IMG/VR virus record: IMGVR_UViG_3300013426_000026
Span: 39,395 to 103,394 of that record
DNA length: 64,000 nt
Reading direction: 5' to 3' (one strand)
Source: a virus
Lineage: Duplodnaviria; Caudoviricetes
Part shown: positions 14,892 through 27,686 of the stretch, piece by piece
Layout: each line of letters begins with the position of its first letter
Position numbering within the stretch: position 1 is the first letter of the stretch
Program-made: the position numbers and the translations under genes
Notes under the pieces: model-generated
Told to the model about the DNA's origin: nothing
What the model saw: only the letters and a program-made list of their open reading frames with translations
Databases searched by the model: none

Positions 14892-17800
14892 ATGGCTGAA
14901 AGCACAATTAATATAAATCGAGTATATCCGCCAATTGTTGGTAGTTCTATACCGGCTTTTTTGGCTAGTGATGCTACTTTAAATATAGAATTTTCTTTAC
15001 CAAAATCATTAAATTATGATGATGTAAAGAACATATCAATTAAATTTACTCAATAGTCAAATAATAAAAGTGTTGTAGATACTGATGTATACTATGATGG
15101 TATTATTTATATGGAAAAGCCGGCTTATTCATCTACTGGTGTATATACAGTTACTATAAACAGTTCTGATATAAAATTAGGTGATACTTATGGTTGGATG
15201 GCAAACACTTTTTATAAAATTCAATTGCGTTTTGGATATAGTACTTTAAATTATACTGATAAAGTTAGTTTCTTTAAATGGAAAAAAGCTCAAAATACCG
15301 CGACGGCTTTTTCAGAATGGTCTAATGTAATTATTACGAAAGCTATCCAAGAGCCTATAGTTGATATTTTAAATAATCAAGATACTACTTCATTAGATGT
15401 TGGTTTTATCCTTGTTTCTAGCCAAAATGTAGAAAGTAGCAGATTTCCTAAATTCCAAGGCGGTTATTATAATGTAGCTGAAGAGCCTATGGATAAATAT
15501 AGATTTAGATTGTATGAAGGCTCTTATACCTCTGAATTATTACCAACATCTGACCCTTATTTGCAAACAGAGTGGTTACAATTTAATGGTTCGGGCAATA
15601 ATAAATATAGTGGTTTAGTAGAATATAGTTTTAATCAATAGTTAGATTATACTGGCTTAAAGACTTATTCAATTATTTTTGATATTATTACGGCGAATGG
15701 CTATCAAAAATCTTCTGAATTTTATAATTTTACAATTACAGAAAATTATTTAAAGCAATTTAAATCTTTGGTGTTCGTAGTTAAAGATAACACCGAAAGA
15801 ACTACTTATAAAGATTTATTCTATGTGGCGGATGAAAATAATTTTAATAATTATTTATCTTATTTTGAATTAGATGGCGTAAATCCTACTTATGATGCAA
15901 ATACTACGAACAAGGCTACTGGAGATATTGGTTATATTGTAAATGATACTGAACATCGTATTTTAACGCGCGAGATGCGCGAATAGGCTGTTTAGGATTT
16001 TAATAATCAATTGCGCGTAGATGAAAATGCTTCGTTAGAGATTTATATTAAGAATACTCCCTATTGGCAAGAAGTAGAAAAAATTGCTTATGATGAAGAT
16101 GGCAATTAGATTACTTATTATGCGCGTGAAAAGCAATATGAATCATTAGATGGTACTTTTATTTTATCTCGTGCTTGTGAAAAAGATAATTATACTCAAT
16201 GGGAAGACATTGCTGAATTTAATTGGTATAATGAAACAACTTATGATAATAAATTGACTTTGCTCTATGAAGATTTTACAATAGAAAGTGGAGTCAAATA
16301 TAAATATGCTTTATAGAAAATAAATACTGCAGGCATTCGCTCGGCTCCTAAATATGAATTTGATACCTTGGAGCAATCTCCGGAGCATTGGTCTAATTTC
16401 CAATATAGTTATATTTATAATAATGGTATTTAGGTTAGATTAAATTATGATTGTAAAATGAATAGTTATAAACATACTACTTTATTTCAAAAACAAGATA
16501 GCCTTAATTCTAAATATCCTATTATATTACGTAATGGGCTTGCGCATTATGCTGAATTTTAGCTTGGCGCAAAAATTTCATTATTAAGTGATGAAGATTT
16601 ATCTTTCTTATTAAGAAATGATTTATATGGTGGATATTTTCATAATGGTGAATTAGTTATTTCTACAGATAAATATTTGAGATAGTTTAAGCGACAATTG
16701 GAAGTTACTAGTAAAACATCACAAACTTTAATAGATGCGCCATCCGTTTTTAATAATTAGTTTACTAATGATAATATATATATGGAAAGAATATATCGAC
16801 ATTGTGTTGAGGAATTTCTTAATGATGGTGGATATAAATTATTTAAATCGGCCACAGAGGGTAATCATATTATTACTTTAACTAATGTCACTTGGACTCC
16901 TCAAGCCACTTTGGGACGTATGATTTATGATTTTAATTCTACGGCTTATGAAGTTGCTGATTGTACTCCGGCAAATATCAAATTATATAATATAAATCCA
17001 TTAGATAGTTTATCCAATAATAGTAAATTGGCAATACAAGAGGCCAATACTAAAAATAAAACAGTTATTGGGCAAATTGCTAAAGTATTTACTGGTGTTC
17101 TTGACAAAAAAAATAGTGATAATTTATAGAATATAGAAATTTTTTCTAATCCTCTTTTTAATTCAACTTATGATGATATTTATACTTCAATAAAAATTTA
17201 GGAAGAGAAAGAAATTAGTGAAGATAGAAAATATGTATTAAAAAAAATAAAAGCAATATGGATAGAAGCTTATCCAAAATTATAGCTTAAAAATAAAATT
17301 ATTGCTTTAGAAGCAAAAACAACAGGGACTAGAGTAGAAATGCTAGAAAATGCTTTAGAAATTTTAAAGTATAAATAGTTGTTAGCCGAATATGATAAAA
17401 ATTAGAGTAATGTTATTACTGTGATTATAAATGGTAAAGAAATTTCTATGTTCCCTAATCGAATTTATCATTTGGATGATGTAGATTTAAAAAATATGTA
17501 TTTAAAATTTACTAGACCTGTTTTGATAAATTATATCGCTGATTTAGAAGAAGAAGATTATCTCGAGAAGGTAACTATTGCAAAACGAGAATTGTTACAA
17601 ATGGGATAGCTTCACGGTATTTTTACTGAAACTTAGGACATATTAGATAATTATCAATTCTTTAGAAATGATGATAGTTCTATTGTTAATGAAAAATATA
17701 ATTATGGACTTTATTCTACTTTGGATGTTATGAAAATAATTAAAGAAAAAAATCATAATTATATTTTAAATGCGTATACTGATACTAAGATACCTTCATC

Positions 17801-18254
17801 TTTTGAAAAATTAAAAAATAAAATAGATGAATATTTATAGAAAATTAGAAACAAAGATGAAGAATATAGCGTTGAAAATTTAATTATTGAAGGCGTTTAG
17901 CTTTTAGAAGAATATAAACCTTTATCTAGCATTCAAGAAAATAGCCAAACAGATGTATGGGAAAATGGTAGCTAGCAATTAGTTATTTATAATTTTGATG
18001 GTATTGATAGTATTGAAATAGAAGCAGATGAGGGTACGGATTTAATGATGTATCGTTAGACTACCTATGACCCAGATAGTGGGACTTATAAAGTAGACAG
18101 AATCGGCACTCGTATTAGAATTGGTTCTACAAATAAATATGTATTAAAACCAATAGAGAATGAAGTTACGGATTTATATTTTTTATTGCCTAGTTATGCG
18201 ATTATAAATTATAAAGCAATTGCTTCAATTGAAATTAAAGGGCTTCAAACTTAA
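14892..18254 (+). CDS. putative tail/baseplate structural protein (1120 aa, TAG=Gln)
   Basis: AAGGAGG RBS, ATG 14892; fragments 15111, 15768, 16782 and 17421 in one frame; TAA 18252-18254. Confidence 0.75.
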
Positions 18255-18277
18255 CAGAAAGGAGAAAACAGGAGTTT

Positions 18278-21200
18278 ATGAGAGAATATTTAAAAGATAG
18301 TAAATTTTTATCTATGTTAGATGAAATGCGCATTAAAAAGCATTACGCTAAAATAACTGTCTTAACTTTTGTTGACGAAAAACCTCTGCGCGAGATTTAG
18401 GGTATTGCGACGGCGGGTTCAGTTACTGTTAATGGTGAAGCCTCATTACGTAGAACAATTAGTCTAACTGTTAGTAGTATCGAAGATGAAAATGATATTA
18501 CCAATATAAAAAATATTATTTCAATGAATAAAAAAGTAAAAGTAGAAATTGGTCTTGAGAATCCTTTTCGAGAATATGCTGATTATGGAGAAATTATCTG
18601 GTTTCCTATTGGAACTTATGTAATTAATCAAGCTACTACTTCTATCTCAGCCTCTTCGGCAAATATATCTATCTCTGGTAAAGATAAAATGTGTATGTTA
18701 GATGGTACCTGTGGAGGTACATTGCCTTCGTCAGTTACATTTCATGAAAGTCAATATGAAGATGAAAATGGGGATATCCGCACCGAAGATGTTCCCATTT
18801 TTACAATTATTAAGGAGTGTGTTACACATTTTGGGAAAGAACCAGAATAGAATGTTATTATTAATGATGTAGATATGACGGCTAAATTAAGTACTAAATA
18901 TATAGGTCAAGATCCAATTTGGTTTTCAAAAGATTATCAAAGTTTTATTATTAGCAAAGATGCACCAACTGATGAAAATTTTTTATAGCATAAATTTGTA
19001 TATGGCCAAGATGCTGGCTATCAAGAAACTGATTTAACTTATCCCGGCGAATTAGTATTTTCTGCGGGGGACACAGTAACTGCGGTTTTAGATAAAATTA
19101 TTGAAGCTCTTGGCAACTATGAATATTTTTACGATTTAGATGGTCATTTTGTATTTCAATAGAAAAAGAATTATTTAAATTATTATTATACACCAATTAC
19201 TTAGATTAATGATAATTATTATATAAAAGCTTTCTCCGATAGCAAATATTATTATACTTTTATTAATGCTAAGGATGCTTTATCTTATTATAATAGTCCT
19301 AAGTATGAAAATATAAAAAATGATTTTATTGTTTGGGGCGATAAAACAAACTCAGAAGGCATTACAAAAACTATTCAATATCATTTGGCGATTGATGAAA
19401 AACCTATTATAGATCTAGCTAATCAATATATGTGGGAAGTTAAAAATGGAAAAGATGAACATTGTTATTATTTGTTTGAGTATGAACGAAATAATTATGA
19501 TAATCTTCCAGAACCAAAACCAATAGAGATTAAATATGATAATAATGCCTCTGAGACTAAAGATGAAACTATTGAAAATGATATTCGTAATTATGTTGCT
19601 GAAAATCTTTTATAGAATTATTCTTTTACAACTGATGATTATTTCATAGTTTATTTTAAAGTTATTTTTTTAAATGAAATCAGATATTATTCAATTAAAC
19701 TTTAGAGCAAAGAAATAATTGAATATAAATATTTAGAGGAATATACAGAAACTATTGCTTTTACTTATTTGGCTTTTGCGGTTTATCCTAAAAAGGAAGA
19801 TGGGACAACCATTGCTGATGATGATACTTCAACTGGGGATACTTCAGGAGGCAATTATGGTGGTTTCGGCGGAGATGATGATTTTAATTAGATTTAGCCT
19901 AGAGATAATGTTAATTCAACAATATCAAGCACCTCTTCTTCATCGGCTTTATTTGGAACAAAAGATAGCGAAGAAAAGGATGAAGAGAAAGTAAAGGCTT
20001 ATTTTTTAGCAATAATTCGACGAGTTGATAATAAAGTAGAATTAGGATATTACGATAGTGAAAAGCAATGGACTAAAGTTTATGAAATAAATGAAGATTT
20101 ATCTTTAGATAATTTAGAAAATTTAATAAAAAGAATTTAGAATGGTTTTTATCTTAAAATATTGCAAGATAAAAAATTTAACGAAGAAAATAAAGATTAT
20201 GATTTTTCAATCATTGAATTAACTAATACAGTTTCTTCTATGAACAGTGAGATTATTAACTATAAACTTGTTTCTTATGATGAAAATGGGGTTTTAAAAG
20301 AATATGATTATATTCTTCCAACAGATTATGAAGAAATTAAAGATAAAGAAGATAAAATATTGTTATCTTAGGAATAGCATAATAATATAATCGCCTCTTT
20401 ATTAAAATACTATAAAGAGAATAAAGAAGATTTAATCTCTGATTTAAATTTAATTTTTGATTATGAAGTTGATGAAGAAGATAATGATAAAGATGAAAGT
20501 CAAGATAATACTGACCCAGTGATGCTTTTGCCGTTTCTAGACCCAGTAGATGGCGAAAAAGAAAATTTAAAAATATTGAAAGACGAAGATGAGTTAATAA
20601 AGTAGATATTTATTCTTCGGGATAGTGGGAATTATTTAATTGAAGATTTATTAACGGAAATTTTAAAAGCCTATAATTCTAATATAATAGATTTTCCTAT
20701 TTTGCCTGATAACAGTAAAAATAAAATTATTGTTAATATCCCAGAAGAACCGGAATTAGATTACGAGGATAATTTTTATTTTACCTTAATTGGTAGTCCT
20801 TGCGGTGAATGGCGCGAAGAGCTATTCCGGCAAGCGCTTTTAAATAATGAAAATGGCGCACAAAAAGGAGATTATGATGATGAACTTTTGGCTAAAGTTA
20901 ATCAAGAATATCTTTGGCGCGCACAGCTATTTAATCCATTAAATGAAGAATGGCATGAAGAGTGGAAAGCGCAAGTTGATATTGAAGGTGAAGATACATG
21001 GCAAGGATGGAACCCAGCTATTTATATTGACCCTAGTCTAATTACTTATTGGTTAGATTTTATTGATGCCGATTAGTTGGTATCAAATTATTCTGTTAAT
21101 TAGATTGGTCGAAGAACGAAAACTTTGACTAAGACAAATTTAAGTTTATTATATAAGTTAGAAGTTCCTGATATTATTTTCTTTGAAAATACTAATGAAG

Positions 21201-21532
21201 CGGATTCGATTTAGAAAATAGAATAGTATCAATTAGAAGGATAGGCTTATTGCGCGTTAAAACCTGCCCAAATGAAGTTGTTTAGTTCTAGTGCTACTGG
21301 TAGCACAGCTTTTGATTATATTAGAGATATGTTATATCAGTATCTTATTTATAATCTTACAATTACTATAAATTGTACGCCAAGATATTATTTGGAACCA
21401 AATAATTTAATTTACATAGATGATAAAAAAAGTAATATTAAAGGTGAGTTCGTAATTACTCAATATACTTTACCATTAACTTATAATGGTAATATGTCAA
21501 TTACAACTAATGAAACTTTAACAAGAGTATAA
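18278..21532 (+). CDS. putative baseplate hub/tail protein, DUF5048-like (1084 aa, TAG=Gln)
   Basis: MREYLKDSKFL...GSVTVNGEASLRRTISL...WFPIGTYVI...ISGKDKMCMLDGTCGG; C-terminal PRYYLEPNNLIYI...FVITQYTLPL is typical of hub proteins. Fragments 18524-21272 share a frame. Confidence 0.7.
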
Positions 21533-21545
21533 GGAGGGAAATAAA

Positions 21546-22280
21546 TTGGCTCAAAATTTTGCATAGATAGTATATAATCTTGAAGATTACAGCGGGTCTG
21601 GCGGTTTAATTTCTACTAAAAAATTTGGTGATACAAATTCATAGATTGTAAATGTAGTGTATAGTGATGTACCAGCACCTATTAAAAATTTTGATAATTT
21701 AAATGGTTAGATTACCGAAGTCATTAATAGTTTTGAAGAATATGAAAACGCTAAAATAGATATATATAATTCTAATGTATTAGGCCCATGGGAAGGCACG
21801 TTGATTAAAAAAATTGGTATTCAAGGGCCTCCTGGAACTAAATTTATTATTGGCGATAGTGGGACTACCAATAGTATGGATCATGTGATTATGATTGGCC
21901 GAACTGGCATATATGAATTAAATGATGATATAGTAATTAAAAAATTATAGTTTATTAGACCTCTCATTTATAAAATTGACGAAATTGCTAGTAAGAGTTT
22001 AACTACTACTGGATTAGCCCAAATGACGAAGGCAAGAGATGATTTTTTGGCTAATGTAGAAGGTATTTCTTACCAAGGTAATGTACCGCCTTATTCTGAA
22101 ACTAATAGTGAATATTGGGATTAGTATTAGCAATATCATAAACAATATGTTTCAGCTTATCGAAATGGTTTGGCTTTGTATTTAAAAGGCAAGGCCGGTA
22201 TTTATACTGAAGATGGCAGTAATAGTGATTTATATAATATTATAATTGATTTTACATATGAAGGAGTGAGAGTAGGCTAA
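21546..22280 (+). CDS. putative tail protein (244 aa, TTG start, TAG=Gln)
   Basis: AAGGAGG RBS, TTG 21546, TAA 22278-22280 overlapping the next ATG; contains KKIGIQGPPGTKF...IMIGRTGIYEL. Confidence 0.7.
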
Positions 22281-24853
22281 TGTATAGTTTTTATGGTGGC
22301 CAAAAAGGTCAAGATTTTAAAATAAGTCGAATTTTTTCTAACCGAGCTGTAGATATGCTTGGAGATTTAAAAATGCGATGGACATCACCAGTTGGTGTTG
22401 GCGAATATGTTTTTATTAGTTATGGCGATCCTTCATATATGAATGAAGAAGATTCGGTCTATAATGAAAATTTATAGATTGATTTAAAAGCTTCGGGTAA
22501 ATCTTTTACTAATTCTTTGTGGCAAAAAATTTATGTTGATAAAAATTTAGAGGTTTCTCCTGACTTTCCCGATGGAGACAATAATGTTTATATCTTTTTG
22601 AATCTGGACGATACAGAAAGTGAAGAATACGGCAATTCTTTAAAAGAGACATCGGATTTAGAAACTGAAGAAAACTTCGGTTTGGGATATAGATTAATCG
22701 CTTGTATAACTGGCGTTACGCCTCGTATTAGAGTTTTTCATCAAACAATTAATCTTGAAGATGGAGACCCTTATGTGACTTTGGATTTGACTAATCCTGA
22801 TACACCAAAAATTAAATTCTATTTATAGCGTGGATAGAGAATTAATGATTTATATAAAACAATGATAGGTTCCTAGGAAGAGCCTTCTATTGATTATATT
22901 GTTGATTCTAACTTTTATTATAAAGATAAAGATGGAAATAATAAATAGGCAACTTTAACAAATCCTTATGTTAATTTTAATTTGCCAAAAGCGCCAACAT
23001 TTTTTACTGGTGGTTTATTTGGCGCCGGTGCGTTATCAAGATTTCGTAATATTGGATATATTAATGATGATTTAACTAAATACGTTAGTGATGAATATAC
23101 CTTATATCAAAGTGATTGTAAATTAATTAGTGATATTAGTTGGTTTTTACGCAGAATGCTATATGCGGATAATGTAGAATATACTTATAATGAAACCACA
23201 GATACAATAATTATAGATAATGGAAATCATTTTAATTTACAACTTCCAGAAAATTATAAAGGAACTGCTTATAAATCTGGCATTTGGATTTAGAGCGATA
23301 ACCAAATTATTTTTAATATTTTAAATAATACTTCTCTTAAAAATGAAATTGCTGAATTTAGATAGAATTTAATTGATACTTATAAAATTAGTGATAATTT
23401 TGAAGATGGTGATGAAAGCGACCAAAGAACAAAATGGTATTGGATAAGACCTGAGACTGGGGAATAGATTAGTCTTTGGAATACAATGATTAACTTTTAC
23501 CCAACTTTATTAAATTCAATTCATGAATTAGCTTATGCAATTTTTTGTTATTTAATGGTTATTGAGAGCTAGACTTAGCCATTTTATATTGATAATATAA
23601 ATATTTGTAATTATTTAGTTTCTGTTTTTAATTTATATGCTAGTATAGATGTTCATTTTAATGAGATATTAGAAAAAGGATTTAAAGGTGATTTTTATAT
23701 TAATGAACCAACTGGTAAAATTTATGAGATTGCTGAGGTTGGGAAAAAATATATTATTGTTTTATATTTGGGAGCATTAACGGCGCCTGCTCCGGTTCCT
23801 GAGAATATATTTATTTCTAGTTTTTATAAAGCCAAAGATGGTACTTATTAGAAGAATCAGTTTTCTGTTTCATCATCTATACAAGAATTAAATAATGATA
23901 AATATTAGGAAATTTATAAATTTGAACTTCCTAAACTTCCCGTATCTAAATTTACTACTACAAGGACTGATAATTTAAATAGTTATGAAATTGATGAACC
24001 AGTGCCTTTAAATGAAAATGATCAGGAAATAAACGTAAAGACCCCAATGCCTATACATATTTTTACTCCCGATGATGAGTATAATATGTATATAACTGTT
24101 AATGGTGAGTTTGGTTTTAAGAAAGGTAAAAATATTTTTTCTTTAATTGATGCTCCAATAGGAAAAGGTGATTTATTTATAAATATTACATCTAATGGTT
24201 CTAGTGCGTATTAGGGTAATGTTTATCAATGTAAATTATCTTATGACGAAATTCAAGAAAGAATTAAAAATTATCAAGGCCCAACTATTACGCTTAAAGA
24301 TATCTGGGATTAGGATAATCCTCTTGGGAATATCTAGGGGCAATCTGGTATCCCTATTGCAACTTAGGTAGTTAATTTATATAGTAAATTACCGGCGGAT
24401 TTTGCGAATGATTTTGGTAATAATAAGGTTATGTATGTCGGTTTCGTAGATGGAACTACTGATAATTTTATTTATTATATTAACCCATCAGTAATAGAAG
24501 ACGACGAATTCAACTTAGAGATTTTAATTAAGAATAATGTATTAAATGGATAGCAACGTGGTATTAAAACTAGCGATGATATACCATTATTTAATATTGA
24601 TTTTAAAACTGGTAATGTAATTTTAATTAATTATTATAATTCGAATGGTACTTTGCAAAGTTTCTGGGCAGTAAAAGTTAATGGGATTTGGAATTTAATT
24701 TCATTTGCTTTAGATAGCGCTTTATCCTTTAATAATAATTAGATTATTGATTATGGTGAAAAATGGTACTCATCTTAGGGTTATTCTGTTTAGTATTTAG
24801 AACCAAGGTTATTAAAAATAGAATAGTCTTTACAATGGAAACGTTGGGACTAA
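22280..24853 (+). CDS. putative tail fibre/receptor-binding protein (857 aa, TAG=Gln)
   Basis: MYSFYGGQKGQDFKI...; fragments 22280, 22517, 22982 and 24002 in one frame; TAA 24851-24853; last tail gene before the holin. Confidence 0.6.
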
Positions 24854-24871
24854 TGAGAAAGAAGGATTTAT

Positions 24872-25279
24872 ATGACAGTAGAATTAATAGCTCAAATTTT
24901 TGAACTTTGTGTTATTCCTTTATTAGGAATTTTAACAACATTTGTTATTACTTGGCTTAATTCTAAAAAAGAAGCTTTAAAGCAATAGACAAGTAATCAA
25001 TTAGAACAAAAGTATTTAGATATGCTTGATAAAACCATTACTGATTGTGTTATCGCTATGAACTAGACTTATGTTAATTCTTTAAAACAATAGGGCAAGT
25101 TTGATGCCGAAGCGTAGAAGAAAGCTTTTACTGAAGTTTATAATAAAGTATTAGCTATCCTTGGTGATGAAGCTATCAATTATTTAAATACTTCTCTTGG
25201 TGATTTAAATGAATATATTAATTCTAAAATCGAAAAAGAAGTTAGTTCTAATAAAATTTCAAAAGAAACTGAAAAATAA
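24872..25279 (+). CDS. holin, LL-H-like (135 aa, TAG=Gln)
   Basis: Single N-terminal TM (IFELCVIPLLGILTTFVITWL) followed by DCVIAMNQTYVNSLKQQGKFDAEAQKKAF...INSKIEKEV. Confidence 0.7.
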
Positions 25280-25280
25280 T

Positions 25281-25319
25281 AAAATGGGAGAACCAATTGC
25301 GGTTCTCCCATTTTTTTTT
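25281..25319 (+). terminator. intrinsic terminator
   Basis: AAAATGGGAGAACC-aattgc-GGTTCTCCCATTTT plus a T run. Confidence 0.85.
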
Positions 25320-25447
25320 GTTTATATTTATTAATTAAAAATGTCCTTAAATTTTTCCCAAATTTTTTGGCAAAATTGGAAAATTCTTTGGCAAGAAATT
25401 TTATATAAATATGAAGGAAAGAAAATAATATAGAAAGGATTTTTATT

Positions 25448-25876
25448 ATGAATTTATATCAAGGATTTGGAAATAATACAGGTTATTATTAGCCTCCACG
25501 GCAACAAACTACTCAACCACTAATGCAATAGACATAGCCTTTTGTAGGTTTAAAGGGACGTCCGGTTTCTTCATTAGAGGAAGCTCGTGCGGCCGCAATT
25601 GATTTTGATGGTTCTGTATTTTTCTTCCCTGATTTGGCTAATAAAAGGATTTATACTAAATAGATAAATTTAGATGGAACGGCGTCTATGAATATGTATG
25701 AGTATAAAGAGGTTCCTACCGAAGCTTTTAATTCATCTAATTTTGTTACTCGTTAGGAATTTGATGAAACATTAAATGATATTAAAGGCGCATTAAATAT
25801 GATTGTTTCATAGCAATAGCAAGTCCAGTAGCAACCAATTCAAGAAGAAAAACCTAAACAACAAATTAATTTTTAA
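25448..25876 (+). CDS. cassette gene 1, Gln-rich hypothetical protein (142 aa, TAG=Gln)
   Basis: MNLYQGFGNNTGYYQPPRQQ...LKGRPVSSLEEARAAAIDFDGSVFFFPDLANKRIYTKQINLDG...FVTRQEFDE...; RBS AAGGA; TAA 25874-25876. Confidence 0.8.
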
Positions 25877-25889
25877 GGAGTAATAAAAT

Positions 25890-26126
25890 ATGTAGTTAAA
25901 TCCAATGCAATTAATTCAAATGATTAAAGGTGGGTCTAATCCTCAATAGTTAATGATGTCATTTTTATAGCAATAGAATAACCCAATAGCGAATAACTTG
26001 TTATAGATGGCACAAAATGGAAATACCTCAGGCATAGAACAAATAGCACGTAATATGTGTGCATAGAAAGGATTAGACTTTGATAAAGAATTTAGTTCCT
26101 TTAAGCAATAGCTAGGAATTAAATAA
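25890..26126 (+). CDS. cassette gene 2, Gln/Met/Asn-rich small protein (78 aa, 7 TAG codons)
   Basis: AAGGAG RBS; MQLNPMQLIQMIKGGSNPQQLMMSFLQQQNNPIANNLLQMAQNGNTSGIEQIARNMCAQKGLDFDKEFSSFKQQLGIK; codon 2 is TAG. Confidence 0.8.
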
Positions 26127-26153
26127 TATATTTTATTAAAGGAGGACATTTAT

Positions 26154-27244
26154 ATGTTCAATGCAAGTAATGGTTATAGTTTATCTGATATTGCCGCAGC
26201 GACAGGCGGTAATGGATACCGTAATGGTGATGATGGTATGTGGGGTAATGGTGCATGGTAAGGTAAAATCTGCCATGGATAAATCGCGGAATTAAGCGGG
26301 AAAGCTGAAATGCTAATCCGAACCGAAGGCTAGATTAAATTTAGTCAGGGGCAACGCATAGATGGTGAAAAGATATAATCCATCCACGAGGCCGCGACAT
26401 TTATTTAATAAATGAAAAGATATGCTGAACTAATACGAATAAGTAAGTATTAGAACTATAAGACAAAAAACTTATAGGATAACATAATGGGATAATTATT
26501 TTATTCCTTTTCTGCTTCAATGGTTGGGGCGGAAATGGCTGGGGTAATGGCGCCAACGGCGCTGGTTATCAGGGAACTACAACAAGAGAAGAATTAACCT
26601 ATGGTTTTGATATGAGTGATATCAAGTCCGGTATTAATTCTTTACAGACCGGTTTATGTAATGGCTTTGCTGGTGTTAATAATAATTTATTAACTGGTTT
26701 TGCGGGCATTACCGAAACCTTAAATGGCAATGCACGTAGCTTGCAATCTGATATCTGCAATATGGGCATGACTAATATGCAGAATACATTTGGCATTACG
26801 CAGGCTATTAATGCTGATACGATTGCTAATATGCAAAATACAAATGCTCTTTCTCAACAGCTAAATAATATGGCTGCGACAAATGCCTAGTGCTGTTGTG
26901 AGAACAGAAATCTTATTACGTCAAGCTTTGCAGATTTAAATTATAATCTTGCTACTGAAGCTTGTCAGAATCGTCAGGCAGTTAACCAGGGTGTGCGCGA
27001 TATTATTGATAATACTAATGCAAGTATGCGCTCTATCCTTGATTTCCTTGTCCAGGATAAAATTGATACTCTTACCGCTGAAAATACTAGTCTTAAGGGT
27101 CAGATTTCTCAGAACTTACAGAATGCTTATTTGATAGAACAACTTTCTCCTAAAGCACAACCTGCTTATATTGTTGCCAACCCTTATACTGGTAATACCT
27201 ATACTACTTATGGCTGTGGATACGGCTGTGGATGCAATTCTTAA
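26154..27244 (+). CDS. cassette gene 3, Gly-rich/TM N-terminus plus long coiled coil with Cys clusters (286 aa), split by a group I intron
   Basis: Exons 26154-26259 and 26490-27244. Splicing gives ...GMWGNGAW-WIIILFLFCFNGWGGNGWGNG...NAQCCCENR...YGCGYGCGCNS; AAGGAGG RBS. Confidence 0.8.
26260..26489 (+). mobile_element. ORF-less group I intron (230 nt) with variant P7
   Basis: Exon ends in U with P1 CAUGGU/GCCAUG; terminal G at 26489; P3 TCGCGG (26284-89)/CCGCGA (26392-97); P7 GCATA (26356-60)/TATGC (26421-25) preceded by AAGA; P8 and P9 hairpins. Removal restores the frame and removes a TAA. Confidence 0.8.
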
Positions 27245-27264
27245 TTTAGAAAAGAGGTTAAATA

Positions 27265-27684
27265 ATGGAAATAACAGCTAATGCTTTACAAACGGTAAAT
27301 GCCAATAGTAATGTAGTGTTTACTAATACCGCTGTTCCAGGTAGTTGTGCTATGGTACATCGTGAAGGAAGTGGCTTAGTAACTTTACGTGGCATAACTA
27401 ATCAATCTAGGGCTAGATTTAAAGTTACTTTCGGCGCGAATGTTGCCCTTCCTACTGGTGCAACGGTAGCTCCAATTTCTTTAGCAATAGCTATTAATGG
27501 CGAACCTGTTGCTGAAACTACTATGATTTCAACGCCTGCGGCAGTTGAAGAGTTTAATAGTATTTCTCGTGCATTATTCTTAAATGTTCCATCGGGATGT
27601 TGCCAGTAGATTAGTGTTGAAAATACTAGCGCTTCAGCGATTAGTGTTGAAAATGCCAGTCTTATTATAGAAAGGGTGGCTTAA
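27265..27684 (+). CDS. cassette gene 4, all-beta protein, possibly BclA-CTD/C1q-like (139 aa, TAG=Gln)
   Basis: Track ORF 27265-27609 extends through TAG to TAA 27682-27684 (...GCCQQISVENTSASAISVENASLIIERVA); alternating beta pattern. The fold assignment is inference. Confidence 0.7.
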
Positions 27685-27686
27685 TA

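Noticed and set aside
2375-24853. Fragmented ORFs suggesting a decayed prophage
   Set aside because: The fragments share frames and the breaks I checked were all TAG; code 15 explains them.
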